Below, piece after piece: positions 40,544 to 50,957 of a stretch of 64,000 bases of DNA. How positions within the stretch are numbered: position 1 is the stretch's first letter; each line of letters begins with the position of its first letter. Under the pieces are notes generated by a model. It searched no databases and was not told where the DNA came from. It was given only the letters and a program-made list of their open reading frames with translations. The DNA is from Phormidesmis sp. (GTDB taxonomy: Bacteria; Cyanobacteriota; Cyanobacteriia; Leptolyngbyales; Leptolyngbyaceae): positions 1,664,001-1,728,000 of the forward strand of contig CBDFJR010000005.1 in assembly GCA_965248535.1 (NCBI GenBank). Reading direction: 5' to 3'. The translations under genes were made by a program, and so were the position numbers.

Positions 40544-40971
40544 GGCTAAATAGACCCACGGGATGAAAAAGACGGTGAAGTGATCTGCTGACGGGATCGA
40601 GCGCGATCGTAGAGTTGAACCCAAGTCTCTAGGAGGTCAAGAATCTTTATAGCAGGATTTTTGATCAACTTTAATATTTATTTAACAATACGGCGTTTTG
40701 TTAACAATCGTTACAAGATACGAATTTAAAACGGTGAGCAATGCAGCAACTAGACTCGGCACCTTTATGATTTAAGTTCTCATATTCGGGTTTGTTGCTG
40801 TTTATTTCAGCCTTGCAATAATTCAGCTTTTCCTAAAACCTGCCTTATAAAATAGAATCTCAAATCCGGTTTTTCTTTCCCGCTTCGATGTCAGCACAGA
40901 ACTGTCGAATCATTGGTCTATAGGCATTCGGTGCTGTTTTTCGGTCTATCTCACAGTTCGGCGGGTATTTC

Positions 40972-43900
40972 ATGGCGATGCACAATGCTTCCCTTAGAGA
41001 CTTTCTTGAATCGGTGCCGATCTGTCCTCAGACCGCTACGCTAGCGATCGCCGCAGAGATTTTGGGCGAGAGCGTTTGTGGTCGCTTAGTTGTGGTTAAT
41101 CGGCAGCAATATCCGATCGGGCTAATTCACGCTCACAGGCTGATGTCCCTGCTGGCAGCCCACAGCAAAACTGCGGCAACGGTTCTAAAAAAATCCCTGT
41201 CTGAGATGGGTTCCTCGCTGATCGAGCCACTGCCCACCCTGCTGATCGATCAAACTTTAGACGAATGTAAGCTGAGTTTTCAAGATAACTCCCAGCGATT
41301 TTGGGCCGTAGCCGATGGCGATCGTCATTTCACGGGTCTAGTTGATAGTCGCTGTGTTCTAAAGCTCATGGAGATTGCCCTGAGACCAGAACTACCCCAA
41401 GAGCCAGATCTGTCATCCCCCAGCCCTGATCAGCCAGCCACCTTTCCCACCGAAGCTGATCACTTACTCAAACAGCAGCTACGGGTGCAGATTGCCAAGC
41501 TGCGATTTGCGTCTCGGCGCTCAGATGGGCTACCGCTTCAGCCTCAAGCCACACCGCCACTGGCAGCGCCTGAGCCATCGCCTGCCGCCATTCAGTCACT
41601 CATGCAGGTTTTAGAACGGTTGCCCATGCCCATGATGCTGCAATCTAACACGGGGCGAGTTGTGGCTGAAAACACATTTTGGCAGCAGCAGTTTGCTGAG
41701 TTGGCCGACCCCGATTGGGTGCAGCATGATGCCGATGCCGTTTTAGAGTTTGCTACCCACTCTAAGCCGCCGACCCGATCGCCTGACTCTGCTTGGAACC
41801 CCTCAGCCGAGTCTCCGATCGATGTCTCAGTCACCAGCTTTTGTCGCCTCGGCTCAACCTCTAACACCTGCATTTGCGTCTGCCCGCTCAAAAATGGGCA
41901 AGAGCGCATCTTGCATCTGATCAAAATCCCGATCGGCACTGTCTCGTCTCAGACAGAATTTGATCTGACGGCTGGGTGGCGATCGCCCACTCAGCACCCC
42001 AATCTAAAATCGCGGGAATCTCAGCGAAACTGTCCGACTGACGCTTATCTAACCACTGTAGAAACCGAGCTAGAAGCGGGAGTGTCATGTCCACTGCCCT
42101 TGCTCGAAGAAAGCCTCTGGCTCGTTTTGGCTCAAGATGTCACCGAGCAGCAGCAGATCGCGAGAGAATTGGCGGCCAAAAATGCTGACCTCGTGCAGCT
42201 TAATCGCCTCAAAGATGAGTTTCTAGCCTGCATTAGCCATGAGTTGAGAACGCCACTCACCGCAGTTTTAGGCTTATCGAGTCTGCTGAAAGATCAGCTT
42301 TCAGGCACGATGAACGAGCGACAGATTCGCTATGCTCAACTGATTCACCGCAGCGGGCGGCACTTGATGACGATCGTCAATGACATTCTTGACCTGACCC
42401 GCATGGAGACGGGCCAATTAGAGATCACGTTAGAACCCGTAACCATTGAGACTGTCTGCAATCGAGCCTTTGAGCAGGCGCAGCAGTCGCGCCTCGAAGA
42501 AGCCAAACCCGAAGCCGGACAGGAACTGCCCTCTGCGCCGCCCACCTTTACCTTAGAGATTGAGCCAGGTCTGGCAACGCTGATCGCCGATGAGACGCGG
42601 CTGCGGCAAATGCTGCTCAACCTGCTTTCAAATGCCCTAAAGTTCACCAATGCGGGCGGCAAAATTGGGCTGCGGGTCAGCCTTTGGGACGGCTGGATCG
42701 CCTTCACCGTGTGGGACACCGGGATCGGAATTCCGGCTGAAAAACAGCATTTGATCTTTCAAAAATTTCAGCAGCTAGAAAACCCGCTGACGAGACGGTT
42801 TGAAGGCACCGGGCTAGGGCTGGTGCTCACCCAACGTCTGGCCCGGCTGCATGGCGGCGATGTCACCTTCGTCTCAAAGGAACACCAAGGCAGTCAGTTC
42901 ACGCTGCTGTTGCCGCCCACTCACCCCCAGTCTGCGATCGACCACTCTGATGAATCGGTCATGTTTCCTCCGATTTCTCGCCTCTCGCCCCACAATCGTC
43001 TCGTGCTGGTGGTCGAAGCCGTGGTGCGCTCGATTGAGCATCTCTCTGAGCAGTTAAGTGACCTGGGCTATCGGGTGATTATTGCCCGATCGGGCACCGA
43101 GGCCGTCGAGAAAGCGCGCCGACTTCAGCCCTGCACGATTTTGCTCAACCCGCTGTTGCCTGCGCTGTCGGGCTGGGATGTGCTGACCCTGCTCAAAGCC
43201 GACCCACAAACAAGGCACATTCCCGTGACGGTAATGGCAACGAGGGGCGATCGTGAGCAGGCCACTCGCCATCACGCCGATGGGTTTCTCAGCTTGCCGA
43301 TCACCAATCAATCTCTCAAGCAAATGCTAGATCAGGTCGAAGACTTGACTCTAACTCAAGCGACCGAGGCGATCGGCGAGAGTTTAGTGATTTTGCGGTT
43401 AAGCCCGATTCGCTATGGTGAGCAGACTCCGGCGGCTGCAAAAGCCACGATCGACCTCAATCACCTCTTACACAGCCGCAACTGTCGGGTCTTAGAAGCC
43501 GATGATCTAGAGCAGGCCGAGCTATTGGCCCAAGTCTGGAAACCGCACGTCGTGTTGCTAGATGCAGCGATGCCTGACCCGATCGCCTATCTCAGACATT
43601 TATCTGAGCAGACCTTTCTTGCGTCTTTGCCCTTGGTCACCCTAGATCAAGCTACGACTCAAGCCGCCAATCAAATTCATGGGCTGTCGGTCTTTCCGTG
43701 TTTAGCGCCCTTGGTTGAGCCATCGACCTCAGGAAAATTGGAGCCTTCAGCCCTCTTGCAGGTGATTCAAGTCGCGGCGGGCTTTGCGTGGCAACCGTTG
43801 GTGATGGCGATCGACCCGGCAGATTTGGCTGAAGCACTTAAGGGCAACGCTCTAGAACCGCCTAAAGAATCGGAATGGCTATCAGCGATGATGCACTATG

Positions 43901-44220
43901 TGCAGGCGGCAGGGTTTAGGGGCACGATCGGGCGATCGTGGGCAGAGGTCGCTCAAAAGCTGCGATCAGAAAATGTAGACTTGATTCTATTCTATTGGCA
44001 CGATGCAGTGCCTCAAGGCGCTACTTTAGAGGGGTTAGCTATGCTCAAATCTCTGGTCAGCGATCCCCCCATTCTGGTGCTCGATCATCGGTCTGCGGCG
44101 CAAGAAAATGCCAATCAGCAGGCGGTCTCAGCCCTATTGCACAAAATGGCAGTTCCTGTAACACTGCACTCACCCTCAATAGAGGAGTTATTGAGTCAGA
44201 TCAATCAAATTTTGACCTGA
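40972..44220 (+). CDS. Hybrid histidine kinase (CBS-like N-terminus, HisKA, HATPase, several receiver-like domains)
   Basis: SHELRTPL, NLLSNALKFT, DTGIGI and GTGLGL; divergent from kaiA. Confidence 0.9.
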   Translation: MAMHNASLRDFLESVPICPQTATLAIAAEILGESVCGRLVVVNRQQYPIGLIHAHRLMSLLAAHSKTAATVLKKSLSEMGSSLIEPLPTLLIDQTLDECKLSFQDNSQRFWAVADGDRHFTGLVDSRCVLKLMEIALRPELPQEPDLSSPSPDQPATFPTEADHLLKQQLRVQIAKLRFASRRSDGLPLQPQATPPLAAPEPSPAAIQSLMQVLERLPMPMMLQSNTGRVVAENTFWQQQFAELADPDWVQHDADAVLEFATHSKPPTRSPDSAWNPSAESPIDVSVTSFCRLGSTSNTCICVCPLKNGQERILHLIKIPIGTVSSQTEFDLTAGWRSPTQHPNLKSRESQRNCPTDAYLTTVETELEAGVSCPLPLLEESLWLVLAQDVTEQQQIARELAAKNADLVQLNRLKDEFLACISHELRTPLTAVLGLSSLLKDQLSGTMNERQIRYAQLIHRSGRHLMTIVNDILDLTRMETGQLEITLEPVTIETVCNRAFEQAQQSRLEEAKPEAGQELPSAPPTFTLEIEPGLATLIADETRLRQMLLNLLSNALKFTNAGGKIGLRVSLWDGWIAFTVWDTGIGIPAEKQHLIFQKFQQLENPLTRRFEGTGLGLVLTQRLARLHGGDVTFVSKEHQGSQFTLLLPPTHPQSAIDHSDESVMFPPISRLSPHNRLVLVVEAVVRSIEHLSEQLSDLGYRVIIARSGTEAVEKARRLQPCTILLNPLLPALSGWDVLTLLKADPQTRHIPVTVMATRGDREQATRHHADGFLSLPITNQSLKQMLDQVEDLTLTQATEAIGESLVILRLSPIRYGEQTPAAAKATIDLNHLLHSRNCRVLEADDLEQAELLAQVWKPHVVLLDAAMPDPIAYLRHLSEQTFLASLPLVTLDQATTQAANQIHGLSVFPCLAPLVEPSTSGKLEPSALLQVIQVAAGFAWQPLVMAIDPADLAEALKGNALEPPKESEWLSAMMHYVQAAGFRGTIGRSWAEVAQKLRSENVDLILFYWHDAVPQGATLEGLAMLKSLVSDPPILVLDHRSAAQENANQQAVSALLHKMAVPVTLHSPSIEELLSQINQILT

Positions 44221-44415
44221 CCCATTTGACCCCTGATCTCTGGTTATCTCTGTAAATCAAAAGAATCGACCTATCAGTTTGTAAGCATTCAAACATCGGT
44301 TAACCCTGAGGTGATGAGATCTTGATTTAGGCTGAAACTCTCAGGATCTATCTGCCCAAACCAGTTTAAATTTAATTCCAGAAACCCCTACGCTCTCCTA
44401 GACAAGATTGACTTC

Positions 44416-46680
44416 ATGACTTTAGAAATAATTGAGCTTGATGGCAGGAAATTTGCCCCCGCCGATCAGTTGCCTCTTTCAGAATGGGCGTGTGTTCTCA
44501 ACGAGCGTCCGCAGCCTGTGCTCACGCTCAAAGACGATGATATGTTTCTGCTGACCGACACCTTTGGCAACATTGGTGGCTCTGCCGATGATGGTCGCAA
44601 CAGCAGCATGGGGCTATTTTGCAACGACACCCGCTTTTTGAGTCGTTTAGAATTGCAAATTGATGGACGATCGCCCATTCTTTTAAGCAGCACGGCTGAA
44701 AAGGGGTTTGCGCTCTCAGTGCTGTGCACCAATCCCCGGTTAGATGAAAAAGTCTCTGCCGAAAACATTGGCATCAAACGAGAACTCGTCCTCAACGGTG
44801 GCTTATTTGAGGAAATCGAGATCGCCAACTACAGCACCGAAGCCGTCAGTTTTGAACTCAGCGTAAGCTTTGATGCCGACTTTATTGACCTATTTGAGGT
44901 GAGAGGCTTCGATCGCACCCAGCGCGGTCAGCTTCTGCGGCAATTGCCCCACGATCTCGCCAGCCCCGATCTTGACCCAGAGCACCGCTCGACTTCACGG
45001 GTCTCTGAGGGCAGCCCTGTGGAACTCGTGCTGGCTTATTTAGGTCTAGATAATGCCCTGTTAGAATCGCGCATTCAGTTTCTTCACCATCAGCCTGACT
45101 TTCTCAAGGGCTATACGGCGGTGTGGCATCTTCAGCTAGAGTCTCATGAAACCAAAACTCTCAGCTATCGATTGCAGATGTTGAGCAACGGGCGATCGGT
45201 GTCTAACGTCGATGCGCCCCGCACCCTGGGACAAGCCAAAGCCGCAGAAGTGATGGAAGAGCAGACCTGGCAGCAGCAGGTGACTCAGATTCGCTCTGAC
45301 AAAAACACGTTTAATCGCGTGGTCGAGCGGGCCGAACAGGATGTCTATTTATTGCGGCAGACCTTTGGCAAGGGCAAAGCGCTCTCAGCCGGGGTGCCGT
45401 GGTTTTCGACGCTGTTTGGTCGAGACTCGATCATTGCGGCTTCTCAAACGCTGTTGCTCGACCCGCAAATTGCCCGCGAGACGCTGACGATCTTGGCTTA
45501 TTATCAGGGCAAAGTTGAAGACGAATGGCGCGAAGAGCAGCCGGGCAAAATCTTGCACGAGATTCGCTTTGGGGAGATGGCGCGCTGTCAGGAGATTCCC
45601 CACACGCCCTATTACGGCACGGTGGATGCTACGCCGCTCTGGCTGATGCTCTATGCAGAATATTTTTCTTGGACTGCCGATTATGAAACCCTCGATCGCT
45701 TGTGGGGAAATGCGATCGCCGCGATGGATTGGGTCGATCGCAATCTCAAAGCAACCGGATATCTCAGCTATGCCCGCAAATCAAAACGCGGCCTCGATAA
45801 CCAGGGCTGGAAGGACTCTGGCAACTGCATCGTCAACCGCAAAGGGCAACTGGCCCTGGGCGCGATTACACTCTGCGAAGTGCAGGGCTATGTCTATTCG
45901 GCAAAGGTGCGGCTGAGTCAGATTGCTCGCATGAAAAAGCGTATTGATCTCGCCGATCGCTGGGAAGAAGAAGCCAGAGATCTCAAGATTCGGTTTAATC
46001 GCGATTTTTGGATGGATGACCAAGATTTTTGTGCCTTGGCGCTCGATGGAGAAGGCAAGCACGTAGACAGCATCACCTCCAATCCGGGTCACTGTCTCAA
46101 CTTGGGCATTTTTACGCCTGAGAGAGCCTATAGTGTCGCCGAACGGCTGCGCGCTCCCGATATGTTTAACGGCTGGGGCATTCGCACCCTCAGCAAGTCG
46201 TCACCAGCCTATAACCCGATGGGCTATCACATTGGCTCAGTTTGGCCCCACGATAACTCGATGATTGCGATCGGGCTGCGGTCTCTCGGGCTGGTCGATC
46301 AGGCGTTAGAACTGTGCAAAGGGCTGCTCGACATGACGCGATCGCAGTCTTATCAGCGCCCGCCAGAGTTGTTTTGTGGCTACGATCGCACCGACGATAA
46401 TGAGCCTGTTCAATATCCAGTGGCGTGTTCGCCGCAGGCTTGGGCAACGGGCAGCATTTTTCAACTTGTTCACATGATTGTGAATTTAGTGCCGGATGCG
46501 CCCGGCAACAATCTGCGAATTATCGATCCAGCGTTGCCTGAGTCGATTAATTATCTAGGGTTGCGAAATTTGCGAGTTGGCTCGACGCTGCTGGATCTGG
46601 AGTTTGAGCGATCGGGTTCATCAACGGCCTGTCGGGTCTCTAAAAAACGGGGTAATTTGCGAGTGGTGATCGAAGCCTAA
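44416..46680 (+). CDS. Amylo-alpha-1,6-glucosidase (glycogen-debranching family)
   Basis: AGVPWFSTLFGRDS, NQGWKDS, YHIGSVWPHDN and CSPQAWA. Confidence 0.92.
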   Translation: MTLEIIELDGRKFAPADQLPLSEWACVLNERPQPVLTLKDDDMFLLTDTFGNIGGSADDGRNSSMGLFCNDTRFLSRLELQIDGRSPILLSSTAEKGFALSVLCTNPRLDEKVSAENIGIKRELVLNGGLFEEIEIANYSTEAVSFELSVSFDADFIDLFEVRGFDRTQRGQLLRQLPHDLASPDLDPEHRSTSRVSEGSPVELVLAYLGLDNALLESRIQFLHHQPDFLKGYTAVWHLQLESHETKTLSYRLQMLSNGRSVSNVDAPRTLGQAKAAEVMEEQTWQQQVTQIRSDKNTFNRVVERAEQDVYLLRQTFGKGKALSAGVPWFSTLFGRDSIIAASQTLLLDPQIARETLTILAYYQGKVEDEWREEQPGKILHEIRFGEMARCQEIPHTPYYGTVDATPLWLMLYAEYFSWTADYETLDRLWGNAIAAMDWVDRNLKATGYLSYARKSKRGLDNQGWKDSGNCIVNRKGQLALGAITLCEVQGYVYSAKVRLSQIARMKKRIDLADRWEEEARDLKIRFNRDFWMDDQDFCALALDGEGKHVDSITSNPGHCLNLGIFTPERAYSVAERLRAPDMFNGWGIRTLSKSSPAYNPMGYHIGSVWPHDNSMIAIGLRSLGLVDQALELCKGLLDMTRSQSYQRPPELFCGYDRTDDNEPVQYPVACSPQAWATGSIFQLVHMIVNLVPDAPGNNLRIIDPALPESINYLGLRNLRVGSTLLDLEFERSGSSTACRVSKKRGNLRVVIEA

Positions 46681-46686
46681 AGGTCG

Positions 46687-46736
46687 AGATCCCCGACTTC
46701 TCGGAGAAGTCGGGGATCTTGAGAAGTCGGGGATCT
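46687..46736. repeat. REP-like palindrome plus an extra half copy
   Basis: AGATCCCCGACTTCT-cgg-AGAAGTCGGGGATCT-tg-AGAAGTCGGGGATCT. Confidence 0.8.
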
Positions 46737-46739
46737 GGT

Positions 46740-47834
46740 TCAAGATTTTATATTTTTCAGGGCCACGGTGCGATTTTGGAGGGCGATCGCGTCGTCTGGT
46801 TTGAGCGCTAGCACTTTGTCGTAGCTGCTTACCGCTTCTGCAAATCGCTTCAGGCTAACTAAAATGCTGCCGCGATTGTTCCAGGCACGAAAATCGTGGG
46901 GTTTGAGAGCTAGGGCGCGATCGTAGCTGACGATCGCTTCTTCGAGCCGACCCAGCAGTTTAAGCGCCACGCCTCGGTTATACCAAGCTTCATAGTAGCT
47001 GGGGTTTAGCTGCACAGCCTGATCAAACTGGGCGATCGCGTCGTCATGATCGCCGAGCTTCATGCAAGAACAAGCCTGGTTGTACCAAGCGGCCGCGTGA
47101 TCGGGCTGCCACCGCAAAACTTCTTGATAGCTCTCGATCGCGGCTTCGTGGCGATTGAGATATTTGAACGCGATGCCGCGATAAAACCAGATATCCGCAT
47201 CTTCTTCGTCAATGGCTAACGCTTTGTCATAGCTGGCAATGGCGGCTTCATAGTCTGCCAAATAGAGCAGAGCATGACCGCGATTGATCAGCGCATCTTG
47301 ATAATCGGGGCGCAGGTCTAACGCTTGATTGAAATGGGTGACCGCCCCTTCATAGCGCTGAGTGGCAAAGAGCGTCACACCCTGCATACACCAAGCATCA
47401 GCAAACTTGGGCATCTGCTCTAAGGCTTTGCCAAACTGGGCGATCGCGTCGTCATAGCGTTTGGCTGCAAACAGCGCTAACCCGTGGCTATAGAGCGCGT
47501 GAGGATATTCAGGTTGCAGGGCTAATAGTTGCTCAAAACTGGCGATCGCCGTCTCAAAATCTTGAGACACATAGGCGGCCCACCCGCGTCCATAGTGGAG
47601 ATCTGGAGCGTCGGGGTGATGCGCGATCGCCCCTTCAAAGCATGAAACGGCAGCTGTGTGTTGACCCAAACTGATCAAGACACAGCCCTTTTCGCTGAGA
47701 GCCTCATAAAAGTCTGGCTGCCGAGAAATCGCTTTGTCTAAGTAGCCGATCGCCGATGCATAATCTCCGACCTGGCTAAAGTTTAATCCTTCTTGAAAGA
47801 GGCTGGCGGCGGTAGCGGGTTCGGTCTGCATCAT
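46740..47834 (-). CDS. TPR repeat protein
   Basis: About ten 34-aa repeats such as AWYNRGVAL..LGRLEEAI..YDRAL; start inferred at MMQTE. Confidence 0.9.
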   Translation of the reverse strand: MMQTEPATAASLFQEGLNFSQVGDYASAIGYLDKAISRQPDFYEALSEKGCVLISLGQHTAAVSCFEGAIAHHPDAPDLHYGRGWAAYVSQDFETAIASFEQLLALQPEYPHALYSHGLALFAAKRYDDAIAQFGKALEQMPKFADAWCMQGVTLFATQRYEGAVTHFNQALDLRPDYQDALINRGHALLYLADYEAAIASYDKALAIDEEDADIWFYRGIAFKYLNRHEAAIESYQEVLRWQPDHAAAWYNQACSCMKLGDHDDAIAQFDQAVQLNPSYYEAWYNRGVALKLLGRLEEAIVSYDRALALKPHDFRAWNNRGSILVSLKRFAEAVSSYDKVLALKPDDAIALQNRTVALKNIKS

Positions 47835-47933
47835 AGGGGCTTCAATCGGGCCGTCCGGCACTAAAAATCTGGGCTTGCATTCTTTACCCAAAATACCCAG
47901 ATTGAGCCTGACGATTGATATTTTCAGTCTGAT

Positions 47934-49511
47934 TTAATGCACAGGTGCGCCGCCTGTCACTTTCGCTTTCTTGAGAAAGAGCACGGCACCGCCACTGATC
48001 AGCAGCGCACAGGCGATCAGAAAAAAGCAGTCATTAAAGGCCATCACCGAGGCCTCGCGGTGAACTGTATCCCCGATCGCCGCGATCGCTTGATTTTGAG
48101 CCGTTGCTAAATCAGATCCTCGACTGACAAAAAACTGCGTATAGCGATTGAGCGATTCTTGAGTTGCGGGGCTAAAGACAGAAACGGCTTCGCCCAGGCG
48201 ATTGGAGTGAAACTGTTCCCGATTGGTTAGCAGAGTCGCGATCGCGGCGATGCCAAACGATCCGCCCAAATTTCGCATCATGTTAAACAAACCAGATGCC
48301 GACCCCGCTTGAGAAGGCGGCAAACCTGCGGTGGCGATCGAGGAAATGGGCACCATAATCAAGGGTTGCCCCATCGCCCGCACTAGCTGTGACCAACGCA
48401 ATTGATCGATCCCCGATTGATTGGTCAACTCAGAGTTCATAAAACAGCTAGCTGCAAATAAACTGATGCCGACCCCGACCAAGATTCGCACGTCAATGCG
48501 CTGCATGAGTTTAGGCACAAACGGAATCAGAAACAGTTGTGGAAAGCCAGCCCACATTAAGACTTCGCCAATCTGCATGGCACTGTAGTTTTGAATCTGA
48601 CCCAGATAGAGCGGCAGAATATAGACTGAGCCATAGAGTCCTAACCCTAGGGACACATTGATCACACTGGCTAACCCAAAGTTTCGTCCTTGCAGCAGTC
48701 GCAGGTTGATAAACGGTTTTTTTCGCCGTAGCTCGATCCAAAAAAACATCGCCAAAAAAATCGAAGCCACGATCGCTAGCTGGGCAATCAGATTAGAGCT
48801 AAACCAATCTTTGCGGCTGCCTTCTTCGAGCACAACTTGCAGTGACCCCAGCCCGATCGCCATGGCCACAATGCCGCCCCAGTCTCCTTGTTTGAAGAGG
48901 TTTAGCTGCATAGGACGGGCTTCGATCGCATACCAAACTCCCGCGACCAGCATCAATCCAGGAACGATATTGAGATAAAAGACATAATGCCAGCTAAAGT
49001 TTTCAGTTAACCAACCGCCAAACGTTGGCCCGATCGAAGGTGCAAATGTGGCGGTGATTGCAAATAACGCCAGTCCAATCGACTGTTTAGACGAAGGCAG
49101 TGTCGTCAACAGCACCGTAAACGCCATCGGAATCAACACCCCTCCAGTAAACCCCTGAAAGGCGCGAAACACAATCATCGAGGGCAGATTCCAGGCTGAT
49201 GCACAGCACACTGAGAAGAACACAAAGAGAATCGCATTCACTAAGAGATAGCGACGAGTTGAAAAAACTTGTGACAACCAGCCTGTTAATGGAATCACAA
49301 CAATTTCGGCAACCAGATAAGAAGTCGAGATCCACGAGCCTTCTTCAAGGGTTGCCCCCAGCGCAGCTTGAATATCTCGCAGAGAGGAGTTTGTAATTTG
49401 AATATCCAACACGGCCATAAACGCCCCTAGCATGGTGGCGAAAACGCCGATCCAAGTTTTAAGTGGGACGCGATCGGAGTCTGGCTGAGACAGGGCAGAA
49501 GAGCTTGTCAC
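47934..49511 (-). CDS. DHA2 (EmrB/QacA) MFS efflux permease
   Basis: GAFMAVLDIQI, WISTSYL and GLFNMMRNLGGSFG. Confidence 0.92.
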   Translation of the reverse strand: MTSSSALSQPDSDRVPLKTWIGVFATMLGAFMAVLDIQITNSSLRDIQAALGATLEEGSWISTSYLVAEIVVIPLTGWLSQVFSTRRYLLVNAILFVFFSVCCASAWNLPSMIVFRAFQGFTGGVLIPMAFTVLLTTLPSSKQSIGLALFAITATFAPSIGPTFGGWLTENFSWHYVFYLNIVPGLMLVAGVWYAIEARPMQLNLFKQGDWGGIVAMAIGLGSLQVVLEEGSRKDWFSSNLIAQLAIVASIFLAMFFWIELRRKKPFINLRLLQGRNFGLASVINVSLGLGLYGSVYILPLYLGQIQNYSAMQIGEVLMWAGFPQLFLIPFVPKLMQRIDVRILVGVGISLFAASCFMNSELTNQSGIDQLRWSQLVRAMGQPLIMVPISSIATAGLPPSQAGSASGLFNMMRNLGGSFGIAAIATLLTNREQFHSNRLGEAVSVFSPATQESLNRYTQFFVSRGSDLATAQNQAIAAIGDTVHREASVMAFNDCFFLIACALLISGGAVLFLKKAKVTGGAPVH

Positions 49512-49522
49512 AAAAACCTCCC

Positions 49523-50806
49523 TTAATTAACGTGGTGCTCAGGTAATAAACCCATCCGATCGTAGATGGGCAAAACAGATCGACGCAGCGCCGGAAGCTG
49601 TCGAGAAAAATAGATCGAGGCAGCGATGCAGATCACGCCACTGATCACCAGCGTGTAGGGAGCACCAATGCGACTAGCCAGACTGCCCGCAAACAGATTG
49701 CCAAAGGTCGCCATGCTGACAAACGCGATCGTATACAAGCTCAATACTCGTCCTCGCTTGTCTTCTTCGACGATCGTCTGCAAAATCGTGTTGCTCGAAG
49801 TGGATTGGAGAATTAAGCTGCCGCCCAGCACAAACATCGCCAGCAGCGAGAGCCAAAGCACCTTAGACAAGGCAAAAGCAATCAGAGCCACTCCAAAAGC
49901 GGTGGGCGCGATCGCGATGATTTTTCCTAGACCCACGATCGTGCGGCGCGAACTCAGATAAACCGCAGACACCAAAGCCCCAAAGCCAGACGATGCCATC
50001 AAAAATCCTAAGGTTTGCGGCCCGCCGTGAAGAATGTTGGTGGCAAAAATCGGCGCTAACACGGTGTAGGGCATTCCGACCAAGCTCACCAACGCCATCA
50101 GCAGCAAAATCGCTCGAATCGGCGGAAACCCAAACGCATAGCCAAAGCCCTCTTTGAGCCTGTGCAAAACCGTGTCGGCTGGGTCGAGCAGCGCCATCTT
50201 GCGGGGATGGATTCGCATCGCCAACAGTCCGATAATTACGGCAATGTAGCTCACGCCATCGATTAAAAAGCACGTAGAGGTGCCGACAGCGGCAATCACC
50301 AAGCCCGCGATCGCGGGCCCAATCAACCGCGCCCCGCTAAACAGTGAAGAATTCAGCGCGATCGCATTGCTCAAATTTTCTCGGCGCTCAACCAACTCAA
50401 CCACAAAGGTTTGGCGAGTCGGCATATCGATCGCATTCACGCAGCCCTGAAACACACTCAGGGCAACGATATGCCAAATGTGAATCGTGCCGCTAAAGGC
50501 CAGCGCCGCCAGCACCAATGACTGCATCATCGACAAAATTTGAGTCACGATCAAAATGCGGTGACGATTTAGGCGATCGACCAACACCCCCGCAAACGGA
50601 CTCAGCAAAAAATTGGGCACCTGTTGAGCAAACCCGACCACGCCCAACATCAGTGCTGAATTAGTCAGGCTATAAACCAGCCAGATCACCGCCGTTTGCG
50701 TCATCCAAGTGCCGATCAGAGAGATTCCCTGTCCGGCAAAAAACAGTCGATAGTTGCGAGATGAGAAAGCGCGGAAAACGGGTGTGATTCTCTCCGTGAT
50801 AGTCAT
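49523..50806 (-). CDS. MFS transporter
   Basis: RNYRLFFAGQGISLIGTWM and NAIALNS. Confidence 0.9.
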   Translation of the reverse strand: MTITERITPVFRAFSSRNYRLFFAGQGISLIGTWMTQTAVIWLVYSLTNSALMLGVVGFAQQVPNFLLSPFAGVLVDRLNRHRILIVTQILSMMQSLVLAALAFSGTIHIWHIVALSVFQGCVNAIDMPTRQTFVVELVERRENLSNAIALNSSLFSGARLIGPAIAGLVIAAVGTSTCFLIDGVSYIAVIIGLLAMRIHPRKMALLDPADTVLHRLKEGFGYAFGFPPIRAILLLMALVSLVGMPYTVLAPIFATNILHGGPQTLGFLMASSGFGALVSAVYLSSRRTIVGLGKIIAIAPTAFGVALIAFALSKVLWLSLLAMFVLGGSLILQSTSSNTILQTIVEEDKRGRVLSLYTIAFVSMATFGNLFAGSLASRIGAPYTLVISGVICIAASIYFSRQLPALRRSVLPIYDRMGLLPEHHVN

Positions 50807-50897
50807 AGCGATCGCTGCTCAGTAAACATTTAGCAATACTTCAGTGTTCAAGGTCTTCTCCCTGAGCAATACCCTCTGAGGAAGGAGATTGAGCCAG

Positions 50898-50949
50898 AAA
50901 AAAGGGTGAAGATCTATGCGTCTAGCGATCGCGGATCTTCACCCTTTTT
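50898..50949. terminator. Bidirectional terminator-like hairpin inside the efflux cluster
   Basis: AAAAAAGGGTGAAGATC...GATCTTCACCCTTTTT. Confidence 0.75.
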
Positions 50950-50957
50950 AATCAGAA

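Noticed and set aside
40680..40720. RpaB HLR1-like TTAACAAT/GTTACAAG upstream of kaiA
   Set aside because: The repeat spacing is 9 nt rather than the expected 10.
46687..46736. Palindromic repeat as a CRISPR remnant
   Set aside because: No spacers; it is a REP-like dispersed repeat between convergent genes.
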